This document shows positions 30,194-43,370 of a stretch of 64,000 nt of DNA, piece after piece (positions within the stretch are counted from its first letter, which is position 1; the number at the start of each line of letters is the position of its first letter). The DNA is from Squalus acanthias (lineage: Eukaryota): assembly GCA_030390025.1 (NCBI GenBank), contig JASTWF010000035.1:558001-622000 (forward strand). The letters are read 5' to 3'. The translations under genes and the position numbers were made by a program. The notes below the pieces were generated by a model. That model ran no database searches and was not told the origin of the DNA. It was given only the letters and a program-made list of their open reading frames with translations.

Positions 30194-33100
30194 CCCTTCA
30201 CTGTTCACCTCTCCCTTCACTGTACTCCTCTCCCTTCACTATACACCTCTCCCTTCACTGTATTCCTCTCCCTTCACTGTACACCTCTCGCTTCACTGTA
30301 CACCTCTCCCTTCACTGTACTCCTCACCCTTCACTGCACTTCTCTCCCTTCACTGTACACCTCTCCCTTCACTGTACACCTCTCCCTTCACTCTACTCCT
30401 CACCCTTCACTGTACTCCTCTCCGCTCCCTGTACACCTCTCCGCTCCCTGTAATCCTCTCCGCGCCCTGTCCACCTCTCCATTCACTGTACACCTCTCTC
30501 TACACTGTACTCCTCTTCCTTTACTGGACACCTCTCCCTTGACTGTACACCTCTCCCTTCACTGTACACCTCTCCCTTCACTGTGCACCTCTCCCTTCAC
30601 TGTACACCACTCCGCTCACTGTACACCTCTCCCTTCACTGTACACCTGTCCGCTCCCTGGACACCTCTCCGCACCCTGTACACATATACGCTCCCTGTAC
30701 ATCTCTCCATTCACTGTACACCTCTCCCTTCACTGTACACCTCTCCCTTCACTGTGCACCTCTCCCTTCACTGTACACCACTCCGCTCACTGTACACCTC
30801 TCCCTTCACTGTACACCTGTCCGCTCCCTGTACACCTCTCCGCTCTCTGTACACCTCTCGCTTCACTGTACACCTCTCTCTTCACTGTACTCATCTCCCT
30901 TCACTCTACTCCTATCCCTTCACTGTACTCCTCTCCGCCCCCTGTACACCTCTCCGCTCCCTGTACACCTCTCCGCTCCCTGTACACCTCTCGCTTCACT
31001 GTACACCTCTCCCTTCACTGTACTCCTCTCCCTTGACTGTACACCTCTCCCTTCACTGTAGTCCTCTCCCTTCACTGTATACCTCTCCCTTCACTGTACT
31101 CCTCTCCCTTCACTGTACTGCTCTCCCTTCACTGTACTCCTCTCCCTTCAATGTACACCTCTCCCTTCACTGTACTCCTCTCCCTTCACTGTACACCTCT
31201 CCCTTCACTGTACACCTCTCCCTTCACTGTACTCCTCTCCCTTCAGTGTACACCTCTCCCTTCACTGTACACCTCTCCGCTCTCTGTACACCTCTCGCTT
31301 CACTGTACACCTCTCTCTTCACTGTACTCCTCTCCCTTCACTCTACTCCTATCCCTTCACTGTACTCCTCTCCCTCACTGTACACCTCTCCCTCACTGTA
31401 CACCTCTCCGCTCCCTGTACACCTCTCGCTTCACTGTACACCTCTCTCTTCACTGTACTCCTCTCCCTTCACTGTACACCTCTCCCTTCATTTTACTCCT
31501 CTCCCTTCACTGTACACCTCTCCCTTCACTGTACAGCTCTCCCTTCACTGTACACCTCTCCCTTCACTGTGCTCCTCTCCCTTCACTGTACACCTCTCCC
31601 TTCACTGTACTCCTCACCCTTCACTGTACTCCTCTCCCTTCACTGTACACCTCTCCCTTCACTGTACGCCTCTCCCTTCACTTTACACATCTCCCTTCAC
31701 TGTACACCTCTCCCTTCACTGTATTCCTCTCCCTTCACTGTACTCCTATCCCTTCACTGTACACCTCACCTTTCAATGTACACCTCTCCCTTCACTGCAC
31801 ACCTCTACCTTCACTGTACACCTCTCCCTTCACTGTATTCCTCACCCTTCACTGTACAACTCTCCCTTCACTGTACTCCTCTCCCTTCACTGTACTCCTC
31901 TCTCTTCACTGTACACCTCTCCCTTCACTGTCCTCCTCTCCCTTCACTGTACACCTCTCCCTTCACTGTACACCTCTCTCTTCACTGTACACCTCCCCCT
32001 TCACTGTACTCCTCTCCGCTCCCTGTACACCTCTCCGCTCCCTGTAATCCACTCCGCTCCCTGTTCTCCTCTCCCTTCATTGTACAACTCTCCCTTCACT
32101 GTACTCCTCTCTCTTCACTGTACTCCTCTCCCTTGACTGTACACCTCTCCCTTCACTGTACTCCTCTCCCTTCACTGTACACCTCTCCCTTCACTGTACA
32201 CCTCTCCCTTCACTGTACACCTCTCCGCTCACTGTACACCTCTCCCTTCACTGTACACCTGTCCGCCCCCTGGACACCACTCCGCTCCCTGTACACATAT
32301 ACTCTCCCTGTACATCTCTCCATTCACTGTACACCTCTCCCTTCACTGTACACCTCTCTCTTCACTGTCCTCCTCTCCCTTCACTGTATACCTCTCCCTT
32401 CACTGTACTCCTCTCCCTTCACTGTTCACCTCTCCCTTCACTGTACTCCTCTCCCTTCACTATACACCTCTCCCTTCACTGTACTCCTCTCCCTTCACTG
32501 TACACCTCTCGCTTCACTGTACACCTCTCCCTTCACTGTACTCCTCACCCTTCACTGCACTCCTCTCCCTTCACTGTACACCTCTCCCTTCACTGTACAC
32601 CTCTCCCTTCACTCTACTCCTCACCCTTCACTGTACTCCTCTCCGCTCCCTGTACACCTCTCCACTCCCTGTAATCCTCTCCGCTCCCTGTCCACCTCTC
32701 CATTCACTGTACACCTCTCTCTACACTGTACTCCTCTCCCTTGACTGGACACCTCTCCCATGACTGTACACCTCTCCCTTCACTGTACACCTCTCCCTTC
32801 ACTGTGCACCTCTCCCTTCACTGTACACCACTCCGCTCACTGTACACCTCTCCCTTCACTGTACACCTGTCCGCTCCCTGGACACCTCTCCGCACCCTGT
32901 ACACATATACGCTCCCTGTACATCTCTCCATTCACTGTACACCTCTTCCTTCACTGTACACCTCTCCCTTCACTGTGCACCTCTCCCTTCACTGTACAAC
33001 ACTCCGCTCACTGTACACCTCTCCCTTCACTGTACTCCTCTCCCTTCACTCTTCACCTCTCCCTTCACTGTACTCCTCTTCCCTTCACTATACACCTCTC

Positions 33101-34026
33101 CCTTCACTGTACTCCTCTCCCTTCACTGTACACCTCTCGCTTCACTGTACACCTCTCCCTTCACTGTACTCCTCACCCTTCACTGCACTCCTCTCCCTTC
33201 ACTGTACACCTCTCCCTTCACTGTACACCTCTCCCTTCACTCGACTCCTCACCCTTCACTGTACTCCTCTCCGCTCCCTGTACACCTCTCCACTCCCTGT
33301 AATCCTCTCCGCTCCCTGTCCACCTCTCCATTCACTGTACACCTCTCTCTACACTGTACTCCTCTCCCTTGACTGGACACCTCTCCCATGACTGTACACC
33401 TCTCCCTTCACTGTACACCTCTCCCTTCACTGTGCACCTCTCCCTTCACTGTACACCACTCCGCTCACTGTACACCTCTCACTTCACTGTACACCTGTCC
33501 GCTCCCTGGAATCCTCTCCGCACCCTGTACACATATACGCTCCCTGTACATCTCTCCATTCACTGTACACCTCTTCCTTCACTGTACACCTCTCCCTTCA
33601 CTGTGCACCTCTCCCTTCACTGGACACCTCTCCGCACCCTATACACATATACGCTCCCTGTACATCTCTCCATTCACTGTACACCTCTCGCTTCACTGTA
33701 CACCTCTCCCTTCACTGTACTCCTCTCCCTACAGTGTACACCTCTCCCTTCACTTTACTCCTCTCCCTTCACTGTACACCTCTCCCTTCACTGTACACCT
33801 CTCCCTTCACTGTGCTCCTCTCCCTTCAATGTACACCTCTCCCTTCACTGTACTCCTCTCCCTTCACTGTACACCTCACCTTTCACTGTACACCTCTCAC
33901 TTCACTGTACACCTTACCCTTCACTGTACACCTCTCCCTTCACTGTACACCTCACCTTTCACTGCACACCTCTCCCTTCACTGTACACCTCTCCCTTCAC
34001 TGTACTCCTCTCCCTTCACTGTACTC
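30194..34026. repeat. 19-bp tandem satellite, consensus CACTGTAC(A/T)CCTCTCCCTT
   Basis: ~200 directly visible units with recurrent variants. Confidence 0.95.
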
Positions 34027-35681
34027 TGTAAGGGATACTCTCCTGACCCTGCGTGTCTCGTAGCCTGTGAGATTCACGCGGCTCTGTGCAGCCTGTATGT
34101 CAGTGCGGGTCTAGGCCTGGTCTCCAGCCAGTCTGGGAACACTAGACACCCCTGTGAGTGGTTCGAATCACTCTCCCTTACGGTTCTAGACACTGGACTT
34201 AGATGCGAGAGCAGTAATGGAGATAAAACTCATGTAGACTTGGTTTGAACGGTACGAAATGGAAAATCTTTATTGCATGATACTGAAAATTATGAAATAC
34301 ATGTCATATGCACAGATTAATGACAGTACAATCTTACAAACAGTTATAATCACTCTTAGGGAAACGAGGAACGACCAGCACAACGTAAATAGGGCACACA
34401 TTACAAATATCCTTAATCTTTAAAACCCTCCCCTATCAATAACTATCCTAAAACTAGCTTCGTAGGATCCCGAGACTCATGCTCACCACTCGTAATAACT
34501 CGGAGAAATCCCGAATAGCTGATCGGATGTTTTTCACCGCAGCACCCACGTGTTGGTCAGGAGATCTCCTGGTCCCACTTGTTTACTGCTTCTGCTGCTC
34601 GGTCAGTCGGCTGGACCGTCCGCTGTAGTGAAGACCTCTGTTGGTTGGATACAGGGTATGGTGGAGCACCGTTGTCAATATCGCTGATACGATGTGTTTG
34701 CACAGTCCAGTTATCATCGATGCAATATGTCTTGTTAAAGAAGAAAACTTCCTGTCGAGAAGACTTGGCTGATCGACCTACAGGCGCGGTCGGGATTTAC
34801 TGACCGTGGCGATGGATAAGGTCTTCTTCTCTTCTCCTCTCATCTCATCTCATCTCATCTCATCTCGGGCCTTCGGTTCCGCTGCCAGCTACCAACATAG
34901 GTCTCTGCAACAGTCTTTTACCCAGGAGCAGCCACGAGGTTACGAATCGACCGGATAAAACACAGGAGCAGCCACGATGATAACAGCAGCAAGCGACAAG
35001 AGTCAAGAGCAAAAGAGCAAGAGGCCAGAGAGCAAGAGTCAAGAACACGAGGCAAGAGAGCGAATGGACGGTTTGGGCCTGCAATTATAGTGCACAGTTC
35101 TTCCGTTTCCCGCCCAACTACAATGTCCATTCTTTTTGTTTAAGGTTTGGCGCCCAAAAATGTCCTGTATGGGTGATCTCTGTCCTTAATGGGTTTCGGG
35201 GCTACTCCTGAATGTTTGAGTACCTGTTAATATTTCTCCCATTGTTAAATCGGTCGGTGTTCCCCCTGGAGGGGTTTGGGGCTTCCAAGTGTCCTGTATA
35301 ACTACCTGCTAACGGCTCTCTCATCGTAGAGCCGTTGGGAGTTTACATATTAATGTCCTTTGGATGGGCCCTTGATGGCTTTCCTTTGTACCTGGGAGAC
35401 CGATTCCAGTATCGATGTTTATACTGTAAACCCATAATGTCCTGTGTATTGTCTTCACTGTGCTGAATCGTTATCGATCTTGCAAGAATGTTTATTGGAA
35501 CGCCATCTTGTCTGCCTGCTGAAAAGCCTAGAATGTTCTGTCACGCGGTGCGGCGGCCATTTTACAGGCTGCTTGTGTCCAATTTAAACCTGACAGCATT
35601 CCGCTGAAATAAAAGCTGTTTTGAACGAAACTTGTGTTTTCTCCTTATTAAAATGAAATCGCGATAATTGCGAATTCTACA
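34027..35681 (-). repeat. ERV-C 3' LTR (1655 bp)
   Basis: Near-identical to 41717-43370 (one substitution and one 1-bp indel seen). Confidence 0.95.
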
Positions 35682-36104
35682 GTCCCTCCTGTTGATGCGA
35701 ATAACTCCGCTTATCGTATCAAAAACTCAGTGGTGAGCAATCTTATCTCGATTTCACTCCGAATCCAGTAAATTAATCCCATAAAATTTTAACTTCACTA
35801 GGGTCTCTGTGTCGTCCTTATTTCCCAAGAAAATCACATTTTATATCACCGTAGGCATCATTTGCCCTTAAACTTACACCACTTGTTTTCCTTCCCGGCG
35901 TAACCAGGCCGATACCTCACGCATCACCTGTATATTTGTCTTTTATTCAAGGGAAGGAAAAACAAAACCCAAAAACCAAACAATCAACACCATCACCAAA
36001 ATAAACAAATCCCGACTCTTAAACATATCGAGTTTCCAACGTATTTACAATGAGTACAAACTTCCGCGGCGCACGTGGCGAGCGGGAGTGACGCCATTTT
36101 CCCA

Positions 36105-38456
36105 TTACACTGCGCTCTCATCGTGCACGCGCACGTAACGTTCTCGCCACTCTCCCGTGTTCTCATGCTTGGTGAGGCGCTTGTCTCTTTTACAATGTAT
36201 GAACAAAAGGTATACTACAATAAACACTTGACAGACGACTAAAATGTGGGAGGCTATTCTGACCCATGAGGGCACTTCAATATTCGTGAACAGATTCCAC
36301 CACGGTGGAACCACTATGTCCAAAATGTCTGTACCTATCTCGACGGTTTTCTGTTCTAATGTATAAAAATGCTTTTGTGACACCGCGACGGCTTTCAGAA
36401 GTTTGGTTAAATGCTCAGGGAGAGGGGGAATGAGGTACCCAAAATGTGCGACAAATCGCTGCAAGTCGGTAAAATTCTCTTTTACTGTGAGATGAACAGT
36501 GGATGGTTCAGGGATTGGGATAATTCGCTGTTGTGCTACTTGAACTTCAGCCCTGGGTTTAAAACAGAAACTGCTGTCACTCACCGGACACCGGCTACGG
36601 TTTCCATGCTGGTAGTGTTGCGCTGCAGTGGTAACACAATATGTTCCACCCCCGATGTATGCTACCTGCGGAGGCACATGATCTTGTGCCATTGCCTCCA
36701 TGGTGCAATTCATGGACTTGGCGCCAGCCGTTCTGAACCCGCACTGTGGTGTTAAAAAGGCATTCAAGTGCTGGGGGCACAGTATTATGTGTGCTCCCCT
36801 GCCACGACAACCAGAGAGATCTGTACCTGTCATCGTTTGCTCCCAGCGGATGACGTAAGGTGGAACCGCTGCATAACGAATGTGGGCTCCCCCCTGAATG
36901 ACACCAATGTTCTCTACCCGATACACCGGGGCGGGCTTTGCTGTGTTGCCCAAAACCGGCATGCGTAATACTATTCCCATAATAGTATGGTTCGAACGTC
37001 CGCAGTCCACGGGGACTGGGTAAGCTTCTGAAGCTAGCCTGAGCTGGCACGGACTTAATGCGTTCTGAAAAGGGTGGAGCGCCCGCAGGTGTTTGTTACT
37101 TATCCAGGACGGAACCAAACCTTGTTTTAAATCCTCCAAATTACTGCGGCCCTCGCCCAGTAACCACGCCCCGTAAAGCACGCACACCTCGTTCTGCGCA
37201 GCCTGATCGGATGCATTCCGATCTTCCCTAATCAGGGCATTTACCGTACGTGCATGTTTCTCCAGCTCTGCTATAATTTCCTTTAAGTGTAGTGTCATGG
37301 CTTGGTCCTCGTGCAGACCCGACCCTACCACTTTATTCTCATCTGTAAGAATATCCTTTAACTGTGTTTTTAAACCATTAATCTGGGTCTGCAGCTCCAC
37401 ACTGTCTAGAGCGTTGACCACAGATGTCCCTGTGTTAAAAGCAGTGAACGCATCGTTCACCAAACCCCTTCTTTGCCTCCCTACTTGGTCCAAAACTTCC
37501 TGCGGTGCGGTGTACAAACTTGTCTTATCAATTTCTGCAAAATCAAACTCGTAAAATTGCCTGAACATCTTGGTCAACAGGACCTGGTACAACTGTTCCG
37601 TCTTTTTGGGGCACCACTCTGGTAACCGTACCTCAGTGAGATTTAAAATCACCGAGGCCACCGCGTAATGCACTCCCTGAAATAGTATCTGGTCTGTGGG
37701 GACCAGTACCAAACCGTTCCCGGGTCCCTTACTAGTTTTAGGGCACCCTTCTTCCTCAGTTACAACCACCGGAATCGTGGGCGGGGCTTTGCGTGGGCGC
37801 GTAATGAGCTCAGTGGCATTTACTGGGATCGGAGAGTATGGGGCTCCGCACCCCCTGGTGCTCGCATCCCACCTCATCCCCTGTCCGTTATCCTGCCACT
37901 GGTTAATAAAGAATATGGAGATGCCTTTGGGGCAAACGTACTTTGACCCCCACATACAAACATAAATCCCCTCATCCGGTTCCCACCATTTGTCCCAACA
38001 GACTTTCACTTGTCCGTTTGTCCCCGTAATTGTCCGATGGGTATTATTACCCAGTCGCTCCCACTCAACCGAAGAGTTCCTCATAGTTTTGCTCAGCTTT
38101 CGCAGCCACCACCATCGGCTCAATGGGACATTCCCACTGCAGGTCAAACAAATCCGTTTGCCGACGGTGACGCTGATCCTGGGTGCGATGATCCGTACTT
38201 TGGGGCACATTAAAGAAGTCTCTTTGTAGGCGAACCCCGATGTGCTGGAATACTCCGTTGAGTTCGTTCCCAGCCATCCTGGCCACCTTCCCTTGTGGAA
38301 ATAGGTGCTGGTCCCTTCTGCCTTCCGTCTCCCGGTCCCATCCACCGCGATGGGGGCCGTGTCCCCGGAACATCCAAACACCACGACATCCTTGGTGAGG
38401 CCCCGATAGGCCAATCCACATCCGATTGCCGCGAGCAATACTATGAGTCGTTCCAT
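36105..38456 (-). CDS. env: ERV-C Env, 783 aa, intact
   Basis: Collinear with ERV-B Env with few amino-acid changes. Confidence 0.9.
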   Translation of the reverse strand: MERLIVLLAAIGCGLAYRGLTKDVVVFGCSGDTAPIAVDGTGRRKAEGTSTYFHKGRWPGWLGTNSTEYSSTSGFAYKETSLMCPKVRIIAPRISVTVGKRICLTCSGNVPLSRWWWLRKLSKTMRNSSVEWERLGNNTHRTITGTNGQVKVCWDKWWEPDEGIYVCMWGSKYVCPKGISIFFINQWQDNGQGMRWDASTRGCGAPYSPIPVNATELITRPRKAPPTIPVVVTEEEGCPKTSKGPGNGLVLVPTDQILFQGVHYAVASVILNLTEVRLPEWCPKKTEQLYQVLLTKMFRQFYEFDFAEIDKTSLYTAPQEVLDQVGRQRRGLVNDAFTAFNTGTSVVNALDSVELQTQINGLKTQLKDILTDENKVVGSGLHEDQAMTLHLKEIIAELEKHARTVNALIREDRNASDQAAQNEVCVLYGAWLLGEGRSNLEDLKQGLVPSWISNKHLRALHPFQNALSPCQLRLASEAYPVPVDCGRSNHTIMGIVLRMPVLGNTAKPAPVYRVENIGVIQGGAHIRYAAVPPYVIRWEQTMTGTDLSGCRGRGAHIILCPQHLNAFLTPQCGFRTAGAKSMNCTMEAMAQDHVPPQVAYIGGGTYCVTTAAQHYQHGNRSRCPVSDSSFCFKPRAEVQVAQQRIIPIPEPSTVHLTVKENFTDLQRFVAHFGYLIPPLPEHLTKLLKAVAVSQKHFYTLEQKTVEIGTDILDIVVPPWWNLFTNIEVPSWVRIASHILVVCQVFIVVYLLFIHCKRDKRLTKHENTGEWRERYVRVHDESAV

Positions 38457-38740
38457 CCTTCCTTGGTTCCTGTGATCAGATAGAATGAGGTAGCCAGCCT
38501 CGCAAAAAGTCTCTGGCTTTTGTGAAGGGTGAGCGGGTCCCCTGACCTCGCCTCACGTAAACTTCAACGTTTGCTAAATAGACTTCCTCTAAACCTAGCC
38601 TTAAAACTCCCATCATTTTATCGTTTTCTGTTACAAACACTACAAACTTAACCTTATTAAAACCACTTAAAACTTTAAACTAAAACTTAAAACCTTAAAC
38701 TAATAACTTTACAATGCCGCCCGTTCTCAGGGCGGCCCCT

Positions 38741-39901
38741 TTAAATCCTGAGAAGGCTGCTGCGAGCTCTTCCCGACGGTGGGAGGGCACTGACCCTTCC
38801 CTCTGATCTGCCGCAGCCTGTTGCTGCGCTGACCCTTGCCTCTGATCTGCCGCAGCCTGTTACTGCTTCGATGTGGCCTGTCTCTACCCGGGTTATCTTA
38901 ACCTGAAACTTACGCCCTGGGGCAGCCTGTGGACCTGACCACATCTTCCTGGGCTGGGGTACTCTGCTTGACCTACGGGGAATTGCTATGGGCGGGGGCT
39001 CCGTGACGGACGGACCGGGTCCCGAGACCTTCAACGGGATGACCTGGGGTTCCATCACAGGCGCCAGCCCCGCCTCCGCTGACTCCGCCTCCCTAACCTC
39101 GGGGCTGGTAGTTCGGGGCCCCGCCCTGCTCGGCCCAGCAGGCGGCCCTTCACTCGCGAACTCTGCCTCCCCTGAGGACTGGACGTTCAAAGCGGGCGGC
39201 CACACCTCTGGGAACCACATAGCGGCTGGCCCGGCCTCCTCTAGCTCCTTCCTCCTGCTGTCGGGACCTGCAGCTTGTGTGTCCACCCCGTATGGATCTC
39301 TACCTAGCGGCCCCAATCCTTCCAGACCGTTCCTCTGAAACCACCCGTCATCATCACTATGCTCATCTGCACTATCCTCATCTGACCAGGGTACCCTGGG
39401 GTCCTCGTCATCTAACCCCCAACTCCAGAAAAACGCTGCATGATCGTCCGGGATGTCCCTTCCCCTGATGCAAGCTGCTACGCCTGCCTGTGTGCCTTGT
39501 GGTCCTACCTGGGGCTGTGTTTTCCCATTGGCAGGTCTGGCCCCTCCCTTAAGACAGGCCACCGCCCCTGCTTGTTTCTGTGAAATCTCACCTGCTGGAG
39601 GCTGCAGATTTCTATCCTGTTTTAAATCCTCATACTCCCTGCTCCTGGCTACCCTGTAGGCTGCTTTTATCTCTCTAAGCTGCCCTTCTAGCCTGAGCAC
39701 GTCTAACTTTCCCATTTCTCGGGCATTCTCCTCCCGCAGGGCCTGCTCTCTAAGCTGCCCTTCCAGCCCATCTATTTTTCCTATTAAGCGGGCGTTCTCC
39801 TCCCGCAAGGCCTGCTCTTTTAACCTGGCCTCCTCACCGCAGACCCCCTCCTGTGCGTGTCTTTTAAAAGGACACAGGTAGGCAGGCTGCGTGGGCTCTA
39901 G
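38741..39901 (-). CDS. ERV-C readthrough ORF (386 aa): ~11 Pol N-terminal codons, novel coiled-coil module, Pol C-terminal tail
   Basis: Open from the gag TGA: LEPTQPAYLCPFKRHAQEGVCGEEARLKEQALREENARL...; matches the Pol tail from PANGK onward. Confidence 0.75.
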   Translation of the reverse strand, partial: LEPTQPAYLCPFKRHAQEGVCGEEARLKEQALREENARLIGKIDGLEGQLREQALREENAREMGKLDVLRLEGQLREIKAAYRVARSREYEDLKQDRNLQPPAGEISQKQAGAVACLKGGARPANGKTQPQVGPQGTQAGVAACIRGRDIPDDHAAFFWSWGLDDEDPRVPWSDEDSADEHSDDDGWFQRNGLEGLGPLGRDPYGVDTQAAGPDSRRKELEEAGPAAMWFPEVWPPALNVQSSGEAEFASEGPPAGPSRAGPRTTSPEVREAESAEAGLAPVMEPQVIPLKVSGPGPSVTEPPPIAIPRRSSRVPQPRKMWSGPQAAPGRKFQVKITRVETGHIEAVTGCGRSEARVSAATGCGRSEGRVSALPPSGRARSSLLRI

Positions 39902-41712
39902 TCATTGGGTACTATTAGACGGTCCTGCGGCACCTACGGGGCCGGTTGCGACCGCCACCTGTCCACGCGCATTCAAAACCATCTTGCGCATGACTCCTAA
40001 CACTGCCTCGAGGTCTTCGGGAGAGGTGGGTGCCTTTGCTTCCTTAGCCGGGACAGGCGCCTGGGTTCGGACCGCGGGATTTTTATCCTTGGAATCCTTC
40101 CAAGGGTTCCTGCAGTGCTTGCGCCAGTGCCCTGTCTTCCCACACCCGTAACAGGCATTACTCGCCTGTGGGGCGCGATTACCCTCCTGATGCCACTCTC
40201 TTTGAGCCGGGGCTGCGGGTCGTACCTCATGTACTCTTCCCTTAAAGGGACGTGTCGTCATACCCCTTATGTTACGGTAACCTAACGTGAGTCGATTCAA
40301 GACCGACTCTTCCGTAAGGTTGAGGTCATTGGGATCGAACCAGGCTTTTGCCTGCTCTCTAACGGCTGGTAAACTGTTGGCTATTATGCACCTAAGCCAA
40401 TGAATTAAAGCGGCGCCTTCCACATCTTCGCGTTCGGGCGCACCTAGACAGCTGCGCTCATATACTGGCCACAGCCTGTCGGCAAAAACCTTCGGGGGTT
40501 CTCCCTCCATCTGCACTGTCTGTCCCACTCTAGCAAACGGACCTCCGTCGTTCGCTCCCACTACTTCTAGGACCTCATTTTTCAATTCCTCATAACTTTT
40601 ATTACCCCTCTTGCTATCGCCTGAGAGACACTGAAGGACCGAGCTATCTAAAGAGAACAGCAGCATTTTTGCTGTCTCCCCATCATCGCAGCCGTTGATG
40701 GCTGCGGCTTGCTCAACTTCCCTAAAATGTACGGAAGGGTCGTCTATCTCGGTCAGCTTCCTTACGTGGTTTATCATGGCCCTCAGCTGATGTGAACTGT
40801 GAGGCAACACCAGCTGTCCGAGGAGATCCCCCGGTTCTTCCCCACCGTTTCTGCTTGGGCCCCTTTTAATCCCCGTTACTGGATACAACGATCCCTTTTC
40901 TACCTCTTTTTCAACGGGCTCTTTTGCTTCTTCCGTTGCTTCCTCCCTAACCCAGGTTTCTGAATAGCTGGGTGGCGCGGAGGGCGCACTGGCTACTACT
41001 TCTTCTGCTTTACTTGGTGGGGAATTTCTAAATCTCTCATTTACTAGCGGCTGGCGTGCCGACGGATTAATAAGGCACACCATGCCGTTCGCATTATTCA
41101 CGGCCTTTTTGAGGCTCTCTATCTCTTTTTCGCAGGCGCTATGGTCGGCTCCCTGAAACTTATCCTCAAGGGCCAACTTATACGCCGACCTAACCCCCAT
41201 TAAGCTCTCTTCTTGAGTTCTTATCTGGGCAGCTTGACGGTTACATCTTTCCTTCATCCTACTCTCGTTTAATTTTGCTTCAGTGATCTGGCACTCGAGA
41301 TACTCTACCCTTGTTTTAAGGTAACTGGAGACTTCCTGGCTTTCCTGGCGTAACTCATTTAAACTCTTAATGAGCGCCTCCCCTCCAGAAACCTTCTCCT
41401 CCATTTCCTCCTCTAGATGCTTGATTCGAGCGGTTAGCGCTGTATTGGTCTGGTTTGAAATCTGAACCTGCCTTTTGTAGCACATAAGCCAGACTGCTTT
41501 CTCAACTGCTTTTTATGCTCCTTACTATCCGTCCACCTTTCAGCTGCCTCTAGTGGGCTCTTATCCGCTAACAATTCGCTTATCCACTTTTTCGTTAGAT
41601 TAACCTTTCCAAATACGTAATCCGCTATCTTTTCCTGCATCACATTTCGTACAGTCATTCCAAAATCTAACACACTACCCTCTCGCTGCCAGTGTCCTGC
41701 CGCGGTCGCCAT
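39902..41712 (-). pseudogene. gag: ERV-C gag with one 1-bp frameshift near 41508
   Basis: ORFs 41434-41712 and 39902-41485 together match ERV-B Gag; actg-ctttt versus agtgtctttt. Confidence 0.85.
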
Positions 41713-41716
41713 TTTC

Positions 41717-43370
41717 TGTAAGGGATACTCTCCTGACCCTGCGTGTCTCGTAGCCTGTGAGATTCACGCGGCTCTGTGCAGCCTGTATGTCAGTGCGGGT
41801 CTAGGCCTGGTCTCCAGCCAGTCTGGGAACACTAGACACCCCTGTGAGTGGTTCGAATCACTCTCCCTTACGGTTCTAGACACTGGACTTAGATGCGAGA
41901 GCAGTAATGGAGATAAAACTCATGTAGACTTGGTTTGAACGGTACGAAAGGGAAAATCTTTATTGCATGATACTGAAAATTATGAAATACATGTCATATG
42001 CACAGATTAATGACAGTACAATCTTACAAACAGTTATAATCACTCTTAGGGAAACGAGGAACGACCAGCACAACGTAAATAGGGCACACATTACAAATAT
42101 CCTTAATCTTTAAACCCTCCCCTATCAATAACTATCCTAAAACTAGCTTCGTAGGATCCCGAGACTCATGCTCACCACTCGTAATAACTCGGAGAAATCC
42201 CGAATAGCTGATCGGATGTTTTTCACCGCAGCACCCACGTGTTGGTCAGGAGATCTCCTGGTCCCACTTGTTTACTGCTTCTGCTGCTCGGTCAGTCGGC
42301 TGGACCGTCCGCTGTAGTGAAGACCTCTGTTGGTTGGATACAGGGTATGGTGGAGCACCGTTGTCAATATCGCTGATACGATGTGTTTGCACAGTCCAGT
42401 TATCATCGATGCAATATGTCTTGTTAAAGAAGAAAACTTCCTGTCGAGAAGACTTGGCTGATCGACCTACAGGCGCGGTCGGGATTTACTGACCGTGGCG
42501 ATGGATAAGGTCTTCTTCTCTTCTCCTCTCATCTCATCTCATCTCATCTCATCTCGGGCCTTCGGTTCCGCTGCCAGCTACCAACATAGGTCTCTGCAAC
42601 AGTCTTTTACCCAGGAGCAGCCACGAGGTTACGAATCGACCGGATAAAACACAGGAGCAGCCACGATGATAACAGCAGCAAGCGACAAGAGTCAAGAGCA
42701 AAAGAGCAAGAGGCCAGAGAGCAAGAGTCAAGAACACGAGGCAAGAGAGCGAATGGACGGTTTGGGCCTGCAATTATAGTGCACAGTTCTTCCGTTTCCC
42801 GCCCAACTACAATGTCCATTCTTTTTGTTTAAGGTTTGGCGCCCAAAAATGTCCTGTATGGGTGATCTCTGTCCTTAATGGGTTTCGGGGCTACTCCTGA
42901 ATGTTTGAGTACCTGTTAATATTTCTCCCATTGTTAAATCGGTCGGTGTTCCCCCTGGAGGGGTTTGGGGCTTCCAAGTGTCCTGTATAACTACCTGCTA
43001 ACGGCTCTCTCATCGTAGAGCCGTTGGGAGTTTACATATTAATGTCCTTTGGATGGGCCCTTGATGGCTTTCCTTTGTACCTGGGAGACCGATTCCAGTA
43101 TCGATGTTTATACTGTAAACCCATAATGTCCTGTGTATTGTCTTCACTGTGCTGAATCGTTATCGATCTTGCAAGAATGTTTATTGGAACGCCATCTTGT
43201 CTGCCTGCTGAAAAGCCTAGAATGTTCTGTCACGCGGTGCGGCGGCCATTTTACAGGCTGCTTGTGTCCAATTTAAACCTGACAGCATTCCGCTGAAATA
43301 AAAGCTGTTTTGAACGAAACTTGTGTTTTCTCCTTATTAAAATGAAATCGCGATAATTGCGAATTCTACA
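41717..43370 (-). repeat. ERV-C 5' LTR (1654 bp)
   Basis: Adjacent to PBS 41694-41711. Confidence 0.95.

Larger units (their letters stand above)
34027..43370 (-). mobile_element. ERV-C: 9,344-bp non-autonomous provirus (gag, novel readthrough ORF, env; no PR/RT/RH/IN)
   Basis: Two LTRs, TSD ACTC at 34023-34026 and 43371-43374, PBS and PPT present. Confidence 0.95.
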
